Source: Pseudomonadota bacterium (GTDB taxonomy: Bacteria; Bdellovibrionota_B; Oligoflexia; Oligoflexales; CAIYRB01). From it: DNA of 64,000 bases. Location: assembly GCA_026390445.1 (NCBI GenBank), contig JAPLFX010000031.1, forward strand, positions 31,768-95,767, read 5' to 3'. The notes beneath the pieces are model-generated. The model made no database searches. It saw only the letters and a list, made by a program, of their open reading frames with translations, and was not told where the DNA came from. A program made the position numbers and the translations under genes. Of this stretch, positions 27,957 to 36,070 are shown piece after piece (position 1 is the stretch's first letter; every line of letters begins with the position of its first letter).

Positions 27957-30361
27957 TATTGGCATGCCTCGCAAGCATCTGGGTTTTCTAGAGAGCAGGC
28001 CACCGCCTCTTCCTCAGTGTAACTAGAGACCGTCGTCATCTGGATCTTCGTGGCGGCGCGCGAGCGCAGATAGTAGGTCGTTTTCAGGCCCTTTTCCCAG
28101 GCATAGGCATACATGGACGACACTTTGCCGATGGTTGGGCTTTCCATAAACAGGTTAAGCGACTGACTCTGATCGATGTAGGGTCCACGCTCTGCTGCCA
28201 TATCGATCAGCGAGCGCATCGGCACCTCCCAAACCGTCCGGTAGATCTGCTTAACCCGCTCGGGGATTTCGTCGATACCCTGAATGGACCCCTCGGACAG
28301 CTTGATCTTGGCACGAATGGCTTTATTCCAAAGCCCGAGACGGCGAAGGTCCTCGACCAAGTAGGAATTAATCTGCAGGAACTCGCCGGACAGCGTCTCG
28401 CGTTTGAACTGGTTAGAAACCTGAGGCTCTATGCACTCGTACGAGCCGACGATCGACGCGATGGTGGCCGTTGGCGCAATGGCGATCAGCAGCGAATTGC
28501 GCAAACCGTGTAACTTGATCCTCTCCTTCAGAGCATCCCAACCCGGCAGGGTAGGGGTCACCCCCCAAAGATCAAACTGAAGTTGGCCTGCCGCCGCTCG
28601 GGTGTCCTCATAACTGCCGTGCGCTCCACTTTGTTCCGCCAATTCACAGCTGGTGGCAACGGCATTGAAGTAGATCGTCTCTTGGATCCGTGCGGCGAGC
28701 TGGCGGGCTTCGGGCACATCAAAGGGTAGCTGCAGTTTAAAGAAGACATCCTGCAGACCCATAATGCCCAAACCGACAGGGCGCCAGCGGCGGTTGGAAA
28801 CCTCGGCTTGAGGGATCGGATAATAGTTGATGTCGATAACCCGATCGAGAAAGCGCACCGCCAAGCGGACATTTTCCGCCAACTTGTCAAAATCAAAGCG
28901 ACCGTCCTCGACATGACGCGACAGGTTGAGCGAACCCAGATTGCACACCGCCGCCTCGCTTTGCGACGTCACCTCGAGGATCTCAGTGCAGAGGTTTGAC
29001 AGGTGAATGGTGTTGCCTGCCTTACCAGTCTGATTGGCTTTTAGATTCGAAGCGTCCTTAAAAGTCATCCAACCGTTTCCGGTTTGGGCCAGCGTCTTCA
29101 TCATCAGGGCATAGAGGTCGCGGGCCTTCACCTGCTTTTTGGCTAGTCCGGCGACTTCAGCCGCAGCGTATGCGGCCTCGAAAGGCTCGCCATAAAGATC
29201 GGTCAGGTGCGGGACATCATGGGGATCAAAGAGCGACCACTCGCCATCGGTCTTGATCCGCTTCATGAACAGATCTGGGACCCAGTTGGCGAGGTTGAGG
29301 TTGTGGGTCCGCGACGCTTCATCGCCGGTATTGTTGCGTAGCTGGAGAAAGTCATAGATGTCGGCGTGCCAGGACTCTAGGTAGATGCATGCCGCTCCCT
29401 TGCGCTTGCCGCCTTGATTGACCGCAGCGACAGAGGAATCAAGGGTCTTAAGAAAAGGTACGATCCCATTGGATTGGCCGTTGGTACCGCGAATCAGCGA
29501 GCCTCTGGCCCGAACCCGGTGATAAGCCAAGCCGATACCGCCGGCGTATTTAGACAACATGGCGACGTCGCGGTACTTGTCGTAGATAGAGCCAAGGTCG
29601 TCTTCAGGGCTGTCGAGAAGGTAGCAAGAGCTCATCTGCTGATGCTGCGTCCCGGAATTAAACAGCGTCGGCGTCGACGGCATATATTCAAAGGTCGAGA
29701 TCAGCTGATAAAAGTGAATCGCGTCCTCGACGGTCGTCGACAAACCGCACGCCACGCGCATGAAAAAGTATTGCGAGGTCTCGATCACCGCACGACTTTT
29801 CGGGTCGCGCAGCAGGTAGCGATCATAGACCGTGCGCAGGCCAAAATACTCGAAGTGATCGGCGTTCTGGCGCCGAATAGCCTCATTAAGGGTATGTGCA
29901 TGGGCGCAGACGAAGGCGTAGGTGGTCTCGGCGATCAAGCCACTGCGGTAACCTGCGGCGATAGAGTCATAGAACGACTCGATGCCCCGAACGATAAAGA
30001 CCTCCTTGGCGATATAGACGTCGAGCAGGCGAGCCGCCAACTTCGAGTACTCGGGCTCCTCGCTGATCAGCATTGCCGCATTGGCGATCAGCAAGGCATC
30101 GAGCTCGGTCGTACACACGCCGTCGTAGAGGCCCCTAATGGCCTTGTCAGCGACCGTCTGGGCGTCGATATGCGCCAGACCCTCAGCGCATCGTGCCACC
30201 TTTAAAACGATCTGCAGCGGATCGACGGCTTCGAAATGACCATCGCGCTTACGCACGCGCAAGGCCGGGTCGATCCCCGCAGTGGACGATATGCGAGGCA
30301 GCGTGGAGGACCTGAGCGACTGGGCTGACTTGGTGGCAACCTGAGGGGCTTGGGAAGACAT
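27956..30361 (-). CDS. nrdA: class Ia ribonucleotide reductase alpha subunit
   Basis: ATP-cone (VRKRDGHFEAVDPLQIV), the active-site block SNLCTEI, and the C-terminal Cys pair CSLENPDACEACQ. ATG 30361 is preceded by GGAGG at a suitable distance, whereas the longer ORF start (30382) would include that RBS. Confidence 0.95.
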   Translation of the reverse strand: MSSQAPQVATKSAQSLRSSTLPRISSTAGIDPALRVRKRDGHFEAVDPLQIVLKVARCAEGLAHIDAQTVADKAIRGLYDGVCTTELDALLIANAAMLISEEPEYSKLAARLLDVYIAKEVFIVRGIESFYDSIAAGYRSGLIAETTYAFVCAHAHTLNEAIRRQNADHFEYFGLRTVYDRYLLRDPKSRAVIETSQYFFMRVACGLSTTVEDAIHFYQLISTFEYMPSTPTLFNSGTQHQQMSSCYLLDSPEDDLGSIYDKYRDVAMLSKYAGGIGLAYHRVRARGSLIRGTNGQSNGIVPFLKTLDSSVAAVNQGGKRKGAACIYLESWHADIYDFLQLRNNTGDEASRTHNLNLANWVPDLFMKRIKTDGEWSLFDPHDVPHLTDLYGEPFEAAYAAAEVAGLAKKQVKARDLYALMMKTLAQTGNGWMTFKDASNLKANQTGKAGNTIHLSNLCTEILEVTSQSEAAVCNLGSLNLSRHVEDGRFDFDKLAENVRLAVRFLDRVIDINYYPIPQAEVSNRRWRPVGLGIMGLQDVFFKLQLPFDVPEARQLAARIQETIYFNAVATSCELAEQSGAHGSYEDTRAAAGQLQFDLWGVTPTLPGWDALKERIKLHGLRNSLLIAIAPTATIASIVGSYECIEPQVSNQFKRETLSGEFLQINSYLVEDLRRLGLWNKAIRAKIKLSEGSIQGIDEIPERVKQIYRTVWEVPMRSLIDMAAERGPYIDQSQSLNLFMESPTIGKVSSMYAYAWEKGLKTTYYLRSRAATKIQMTTVSSYTEEEAVACSLENPDACEACQ

Positions 30362-30445
30362 AAAAAAACCTCCACGGCCCATTCAGCATCAATGGCCAAA
30401 CGGGGGTCTACTTAATATAAAGATTAGGGTAACCGGCTCTGCTAG

Positions 30446-30492
30446 CAGCATATCTAGTGGTGCAATGGAGCGTCAACCACTATGTATGGTGT
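30446..30492 (-). promoter_or_regulatory. tandem NrdR-type boxes overlapping a sigma70-like nrdA promoter
   Basis: Read on the minus strand: box A acaCCATACATAGTGg (30492-30477) matches the recalled consensus acaCwAtATaTwGtgt at 13/16. The box B core CACTAGATATGCTG (30459-30446) matches at 11/14. The box cores start 32 bp apart. TTGACG (30476-30471), an 18-nt spacer and TATGCT (30452-30447) lie between and over the boxes. Confidence 0.6.
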
Positions 30493-30718
30493 CCGCCTCG
30501 AATCCCTGGGCCTCGGCCTTTCCACCATGCGTGCGGCGTGCAGCGCAGGCGACACACGGCCTAGCAGCCCACTACGGCGTGCTACCCTTGCCCAGTAAGC
30601 TCTCAGGCCGATGGTAGCGAATCCTTGATCTACAGCAAGAGCTGTCGCGGAATCTTTTCGCCACTCAGGAAAACCGATCTGAACGCAGGCGCTTAGAGCC
30701 CCATGAGCAAACATATCT

Positions 30719-30750
30719 GGGTAGGGCGCCAAATTAAGAGCGCACCACCC
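30719..30750 (-). terminator. putative terminator hairpin after the MprF-TM-like gene
   Basis: On the minus strand: gggtggtgcgc-tcttaatttg-gcgccctaccc (9 of 11 positions paired), starting 5 nt after the stop and followed by agatatgttt. The U-tract is weak. Confidence 0.35.
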
Positions 30751-30755
30751 AACGC

Positions 30756-31778
30756 TCACGTCACCGTGGAGGCTTCGCTTTCGCCGCTTAACTTGTCCTG
30801 CATCGCCTTCAAGCTACCCATCGACGAGCGGTAAAATAGGTAGGGGATGAATCCGAGCAGGTTCAAGCACAGCTGACCCAGCGCCATGATATTGAAGATA
30901 TTCGCCCCACCGGTCAGGCCGACCATGGTGAACAACTTTTCAAAGGCGAGATGCCCGAGGCCAAGGCCCCCAGGCGCCAGAGGCAAGGCCGTCGTCATGG
31001 TACCGATCGGAAAGATCGTGCCGAACACACTGAACTCTGGCCTTTGCCCAGTGAGACGCTGAGTCAAAAACAGCGCATAAAGCACCGCGCTAGACTGGAT
31101 CACCACCGAAATCCCGACGGTCGCCATCAGGATCAAGGGTTTCTCGCGATAAGCGCGCAAGGCATCGTAGATTTTTTCCACCGTTGAGAACCCCGGCCAG
31201 CCAAGGTTAAGAAACCGCTTGAAGGGATCCTTGCCAGGTTTAAAGGGGAACATGACGACAGCAAAGCCACCCAAGATCGCCGCCAAGCCCGCGCCAATGA
31301 ACACGATCAGCGGGATCATGGGGGGCCGCTCAAGAAAAAACGAAGAATTATACATGATCGCGGAGCCAGCCATGACAAACAGCGCCGCTAAGCCAACAGC
31401 TCGGTCGAGCAGCACGGTCAGCATCGCTCGCGTCTTACCCTGGCTCTGCGATTGATCGCGGATCAAATAGACGGCCTTGACGATGTCGCCACCCACCGCA
31501 CCAGGCATCGTCGTATTAAAGAAGAAGCCGATCAGTTGTAAGTGCAAGGCGCGCGGAAAACTGACATGAAGGTCCAGCCCACGCAGCAACAACCACCAGC
31601 GCAACGTCCCCAGCCCCACGTAGCCAAGGGACCACATCGCTAAATTAGCCGCAAAGATCGCCGGATCATCAATTAAAACACGGAGATGCCTAAAGTCCAG
31701 CTTGTCTGAGTGGCTCAGCCACATCAACAAAGCCGCTACGATGCTCATTTTCAGTAAGGTCTGCAGGAACGTACGCAT
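30756..31778 (-). CDS. lysylphosphatidylglycerol-synthase-TM-like (UPF0104, flippase-like) membrane protein
   Basis: ATG 31778 (MRTFLQTLLK...). Polytopic, with LRWWLLLRGLDLHVSFPRALHLQLIGFFFNTTMPGAVGGDIVKAVYL typical of the family. The 64 upstream ORF codons are probably non-coding. Confidence 0.65.
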   Translation of the reverse strand: MRTFLQTLLKMSIVAALLMWLSHSDKLDFRHLRVLIDDPAIFAANLAMWSLGYVGLGTLRWWLLLRGLDLHVSFPRALHLQLIGFFFNTTMPGAVGGDIVKAVYLIRDQSQSQGKTRAMLTVLLDRAVGLAALFVMAGSAIMYNSSFFLERPPMIPLIVFIGAGLAAILGGFAVVMFPFKPGKDPFKRFLNLGWPGFSTVEKIYDALRAYREKPLILMATVGISVVIQSSAVLYALFLTQRLTGQRPEFSVFGTIFPIGTMTTALPLAPGGLGLGHLAFEKLFTMVGLTGGANIFNIMALGQLCLNLLGFIPYLFYRSSMGSLKAMQDKLSGESEASTVT

Positions 31779-31994
31779 AACCACCTTATACGCTGCATGC
31801 AGGCTGCTTGCCAAGCATGACGCCGGCTCGGGGCCAGCTGATGAAATCTCTTTGGCGCAAAATATTCCATTCATATCAGTGTAGTCCACTCGGACCTTGA
31901 AGAAACGCTTAAACTTCCAAGCGACCCACCGATAGGAACTCATCTGGGTGGCTTGGCACGTCCCAAGCACCCTTTATCCTCAATAGGCCAGTCC

Positions 31995-34193
31995 ATGACC
32001 AGCAGTCTAACCAACAAAAAATGCCGGGTCGTTGTCGTCGATCCCTCGGGACCTGTGCGCCAGATGATGGCTGAGACCATCCGTTCGACCCTGGGCTTTG
32101 AGTCGGTCGAAAGCAAGGCTTCAGTCCAGGATGTACTTTCCCACCTGGAATCAGATAGCGCCGACTGGATCGTCGCACCACTGCAGGCGGACCAACCCGT
32201 CAACGCCCTGCATTTGCTCAAGATATGCTCCGAACACCCTGAACTGCGCGGCATTCGTATCTCACTTCTCGTCACTGAAGAAGAGTCCTATGTGTTACCA
32301 ACGGCCTTCGAGCTAGGATTGTTCTCCTATCACCACAAGCCCGTCACAAAAGATACGCTCAACGCCGATATGAAGGCCTTATTCTCACGCTTTGAGAGCA
32401 AACAATTCAACGAGCCAAAAACCGCGGCGCATTATCTGCGACAGTACCTAAAGACGGTCAAAAACCATGCTGGGTTGGCCGCGTTGGAAAAGAATCTACT
32501 AGAGGTTTACCCGGGTGACCCACAAATTTTGCTGCACCTTGCCGAGCCGCAGTTCCATCTTGGCAATCAAGAGCTGGCGAAAAAGACCCTGCGTCAGGTC
32601 AAACTTGTCGACAAAACTCTATCGGACAAGGTGACAGAGCTGGCGAAAGTTCTGTTTGGCAATCCCGATGCTTTAGCCGCTGAAGGTGACAGCGGCGGCG
32701 GAGCTGGCATCAACATCATTGGCGCCAACACCGCAGTAATCATCGAATCCGACGAATCTACCGCGCGCGCCGTCGAGGATATATTAAAGCAACTCGGCTG
32801 CCAAAACATCCGCATCTTTGCCAATGGCCAGGAAGCTTGGGACTACCTCGAGAAAAATCCGGAGCCGGAGCTCATCATTACCGAGTGGCGAGTCCCGAAA
32901 TTGACCGGTCCACTGCTTATACAGCGCGTGCGACACCACGGCTTTCTCAACGTGCCGATCATTGTCCTGAGCTCGCTACTCAAGCCAGAGGATATGCCCC
33001 TGGTACGCGAAATCAGTGTTGCGGACATCATCCAGAAGCCGATCAACAAAGACGTCTTCGTACCCGCCCTGATTTGGACCATGGCGCAAGAACGCATGCC
33101 GACAGAGCAGATGACGCTGGAACGAAAAATAAGAATGCTGCTCAAAAATAACCGCAAGGCCGATGCCGAGCCGTTAAGGCTGCAGCTATTTGCGGACAAA
33201 CAAACACCAATGGCCCGCAAACGCTTGATCGAAGCCGAGTTCGCCTTTGCCAACAACCAATTCGCGCTTGCTCGCGATGCCGCCATCGAAGCACTTAAAC
33301 AAGCCGGCGATAGCATCCATGTCTTGAACGTCCTAGGCAAGTCCTTCATGCGTTTGAGCGCCTACGACGCCGCCCTCAAGTGTTTCAAAAAGGCCCAGGC
33401 AATGTCGCCACACAACCTCGAACGCCTGTGTCTAATCGCCGAGACCCAGACCGAGCTAGGCGACCATGCCGCGGCCCAGGAAGCGCTCGACAAAGTTACT
33501 GCCATTGATCCTGACTCGGCCCAAACCGTCGAGGCGAAGGTAAATGTCGCAATTACCAAAGGCGACAGTGCTATGGCCAAGAAGATCATGGCGACCTTTG
33601 AGTCCATCGACAATATCGTCGCCTATATGAACAACAAGGCGATCTCCCTAGCAAAGTGCGGCCAGGGGCCTGAGGCCATCGAGCTGTACAATAAAACCCT
33701 GGAATCGATACCCGACGACAATCTCAACCAAAAAGCCATCGTCCTCTACAATCTATCGCTCGGCAAAAGCCGCGACGGAGACTTCGCTGGAGCCATTGCG
33801 CACCTAGAAATCGCCGCCACGATCAAAGAGTCTCGCGTTGCTAAAAAAGTCGCATCATTACTCGATCGCCTAAAGACTGCTCAGGCGACCGGCAAAGACT
33901 TCAAGTTTCGCGGCGTCGCCACGTCCGATCCGGCGAAAGTTACACCTAAGGATGGCGCACCCGACGCAAAAGACGCCCCGAAAGACGAGGCCAAACTGGC
34001 AACCGAAGATGATTTTCGCCGTATGATCGCCGCCGTTGACACAAAACGCGGCGATCTATGTTGCTTCCTTATCTTTCACAACCCAGCCGAGACCGATGCC
34101 CGCATTCCGGCTCTACTGGCCAAATCGCCGCGCTTCCAAACCCGCGTCGCCATAGAGCGCGCCGAAGTCATGCTGCAGCATGACAAGAAGTAG
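31995..34193 (+). CDS. dual degenerate receiver-domain protein with C-terminal TPR array
   Basis: REC1 is RVVVVDPS...DWIVAPLQ...HHKPV, with Ala at the acceptor (32175-32177). REC2 is AVIIESDES...LIITEWRVPKLTG...IQKPI, with Glu at the acceptor (32883-32885). Several TPR-like repeats follow (e.g. GDHAAAQEALDKVTAIDPDS). The start is probably ATG 31995. Confidence 0.7.
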   Translation: MTSSLTNKKCRVVVVDPSGPVRQMMAETIRSTLGFESVESKASVQDVLSHLESDSADWIVAPLQADQPVNALHLLKICSEHPELRGIRISLLVTEEESYVLPTAFELGLFSYHHKPVTKDTLNADMKALFSRFESKQFNEPKTAAHYLRQYLKTVKNHAGLAALEKNLLEVYPGDPQILLHLAEPQFHLGNQELAKKTLRQVKLVDKTLSDKVTELAKVLFGNPDALAAEGDSGGGAGINIIGANTAVIIESDESTARAVEDILKQLGCQNIRIFANGQEAWDYLEKNPEPELIITEWRVPKLTGPLLIQRVRHHGFLNVPIIVLSSLLKPEDMPLVREISVADIIQKPINKDVFVPALIWTMAQERMPTEQMTLERKIRMLLKNNRKADAEPLRLQLFADKQTPMARKRLIEAEFAFANNQFALARDAAIEALKQAGDSIHVLNVLGKSFMRLSAYDAALKCFKKAQAMSPHNLERLCLIAETQTELGDHAAAQEALDKVTAIDPDSAQTVEAKVNVAITKGDSAMAKKIMATFESIDNIVAYMNNKAISLAKCGQGPEAIELYNKTLESIPDDNLNQKAIVLYNLSLGKSRDGDFAGAIAHLEIAATIKESRVAKKVASLLDRLKTAQATGKDFKFRGVATSDPAKVTPKDGAPDAKDAPKDEAKLATEDDFRRMIAAVDTKRGDLCCFLIFHNPAETDARIPALLAKSPRFQTRVAIERAEVMLQHDKK

Positions 34194-34205
34194 TCGCGCC
34201 GACAC

Positions 34206-34448
34206 TCAATAGCTTTGATAGCAGTAAGCGACAGGTATCCCGCCGCAACGAACACGCGCAGGAGCCTCCGTGTAGCCCAAAGCTTGACCGCAGATCGTGT
34301 TGGACGTCGATACACAGGTGTAAACGCCCCACCCACCGATCGGGGGCAAGGTTGGCGGCAGGGTCGGACCCAGTTGGGCCAAGCCTTCACCACTAAGGCC
34401 AGTAAGCATTGCGACGACGAGAAGAATCCGTTGAGCCAGGGGGGACAT
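34206..34448 (-). CDS. small secreted Cys-rich protein (80 aa)
   Basis: ATG 34448 is preceded by GGAG at 8 nt and an AT-rich upstream gap. Signal-like N-terminus MSPLAQRILLVVAMLTGLSGEGLA. The mature part has a PTLPPTLPP segment and 4 Cys. Confidence 0.5.
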   Translation of the reverse strand: MSPLAQRILLVVAMLTGLSGEGLAQLGPTLPPTLPPIGGWGVYTCVSTSNTICGQALGYTEAPARVRCGGIPVAYCYQSY

Positions 34449-34573
34449 GATGCACTCCGCGAAAATTAAGTTTAAGATATCAATAAGATATAAAATATAG
34501 ACCGACCAAGGCCGGCCCGGTACTTTATAATCAAATTAGTGTTTTGTAAATGACTATGATGCCACGTCGCAGT

Positions 34574-36070
34574 CTAGCAACCGCTCTTAAACCAGACCGC
34601 CGTCGCCGCCGCCGTCGCCTCGCCGTCGCTAAGATAGTAAATGCGAAGTCGCACTGCCGACGGTGTCTTGCCGGAGTCGGTGACAACGAACAGATCGGAC
34701 CAAAGGCGTAACTCCTGCGTACCCAAAGCTTGCACCGTCGTCCCCAAAGTAAACGTGAGTTTTTGCATGGTCGGATCCCAGCTTCGCGAGAGATCGGTGA
34801 GTGAGGTGTCGACCATGGCCGCGTTGTAGGGTGCGGCATACTGCATCGGGTCGGTAGCGACTTTGACGGTCTTCAGGCCATCATTGCGGTAATAGTCGAA
34901 ATATACCTCGATGCGATCAAAGACCGTGGCCGCAATCGGTGCGTCCACTTCATCCAGAGGTGGTTGGACGTCCAGTACCACTTCACCGCTGCGGCAAAAC
35001 GGTCTGGTCAATCCATTGGCATCACTGGCCGATGTATAATCCACGGCGGTTGGAGTGCTCCCATCTGTCGCCACGGCAGTGATCTTAGGCGGCATGCTAA
35101 GACGGCGCGCCAAGCGGCGCGGCACCGAGACCTCAGCGCCGCCATTTGGTTGAACCTTAAAGACCGCCACTGCGGCCGCAGGCGGCATACCACCGCTAAA
35201 AGCACTAAATTCATAGCGAGCTGGGCTTGTCTTGCTCAGCCAGCTTGGCAAGGCCCCGATCAAACCAGCTGCCTCAGGCGCGACCTGGTCATCATTTGCC
35301 ACGCGACCAGAACTTTGCCATGGGCCGGTACGACTAAGTGCGACGCCGATCACCTCCGTCTCATCGCGGGCTAGCACCAAGGCCCCAAGTCGGTACAGGC
35401 GCCTCAGGTCAGTGGCAAAAGCTGCCGGATAAGCAGACCGCTGGTAAAATGAATAAAGCAGAGTCGGTGCATCGAAGACAAAGAGCTGGCTGCTAAATGC
35501 CACCCGAGTCACCTGGTTTGGCAGAAGATAGTCGCCAAAGGATGCACTAAACGTCGGCGCAACGTTAAATCCACCGCCGATCGTCGCCGCGATACCTGAG
35601 CTTTGAACTGCGGGTACCCCCTGTTTGTCCAGCGCAATCGGAACGATCCCTAGATCAAAACCGAGGCCCCCCTGATAGACAAACGCAGCCTGTGTGCCAG
35701 GGGTAGAGGTCGCCACGTCGACATCTCCAACCCAGTTAAAGTCTTTAAGCAGGTGCATGGAATAGGATTGCCCTTCGACAAAATGCGCCAAGGGCACTCT
35801 AAAGGCTCCGCTACTATCCAACGGTACTTCTTCTAGAGAAGGACTCGTATGATTGAAGATCCATAGATCATAGCCACGCGCCGGCACATTCGTTGTACCT
35901 AAAGCAAAGCCACCGGTGACGTTGCTACTGCTCAGACTTAAATGCCCGGGGGTACTCGTTGGCGTTGGCGGATCACCGTGGCCTTTTCCCTGCTGCCCGC
36001 AAGCCAGACCAAGGCTGCTTAGCCATAGTGAACGGCTGCTCCAACGCAGCCACAGCTTGAGTTGGCTCAT
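34574..36070 (-). CDS. hypothetical lipoprotein (497 aa), translationally coupled to the CHAT protein
   Basis: ATG 36070-36068 overlaps the upstream TGA (ATGA) and is preceded by GGGGAG. The signal is MSQLKLWLRWSSRSLWLSSLGLACGQQ. No family motif is recognised. Confidence 0.6.
   Translation of the reverse strand: MSQLKLWLRWSSRSLWLSSLGLACGQQGKGHGDPPTPTSTPGHLSLSSSNVTGGFALGTTNVPARGYDLWIFNHTSPSLEEVPLDSSGAFRVPLAHFVEGQSYSMHLLKDFNWVGDVDVATSTPGTQAAFVYQGGLGFDLGIVPIALDKQGVPAVQSSGIAATIGGGFNVAPTFSASFGDYLLPNQVTRVAFSSQLFVFDAPTLLYSFYQRSAYPAAFATDLRRLYRLGALVLARDETEVIGVALSRTGPWQSSGRVANDDQVAPEAAGLIGALPSWLSKTSPARYEFSAFSGGMPPAAAVAVFKVQPNGGAEVSVPRRLARRLSMPPKITAVATDGSTPTAVDYTSASDANGLTRPFCRSGEVVLDVQPPLDEVDAPIAATVFDRIEVYFDYYRNDGLKTVKVATDPMQYAAPYNAAMVDTSLTDLSRSWDPTMQKLTFTLGTTVQALGTQELRLWSDLFVVTDSGKTPSAVRLRIYYLSDGEATAAATAVWFKSGC

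Noticed and set aside
29414-30205. Long antisense ORFs inside well-supported genes (for example 29414..30205 in nrdA, 45605..46303 and 47151..47480 in the AsmA-like gene, 43033..43596 in the giant gene, 62720..63316 in sucD, 1267..1908 opposite tatB, 13627..14199 opposite fliO)
   Set aside because: All are Arg/Pro/Gly/Ala-rich shadow frames typical of GC-rich DNA, with no motifs. Each lies fully within a CDS that has strong family signatures on the other strand.
30485-30515. tRNA/tmRNA-like GGATTCGAGG string (minus strand) near the nrdA promoter
   Set aside because: No complementary T-stem, acceptor stem or CCA context could be built around it, and there is no room for a tmRNA body before nrdA.
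30735-30750. TAAGAGCGCACC, a string reminiscent of a conserved RNase P RNA block, on the plus strand
   Set aside because: The other universal RNase P blocks (GGAAAGTCCGGGC, ACAGAACCCGGCTTA) are absent in the same orientation. The string is better explained as one arm of the hairpin following the MprF-TM-like gene stop.
30383-30755. Cobalamin (B12) riboswitch in the nrdA leader, as found for some class Ia RNR operons
   Set aside because: I read the minus strand for the conserved core (GCCACTG-type box, AGGGAA…GGTG..AATCC). Only a loose GCCACTC/GGAATC resemblance exists, and it is on the wrong (plus) strand. The NrdR boxes and promoter leave only about 80 nt of leader.
30454-30759. 101-aa minus-strand ORF in the nrdA upstream region
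   Set aside because: It has no Shine-Dalgarno, an Arg/Ala/Pro-rich composition typical of GC-rich non-coding frames, and it runs across the predicted promoter and NrdR boxes.
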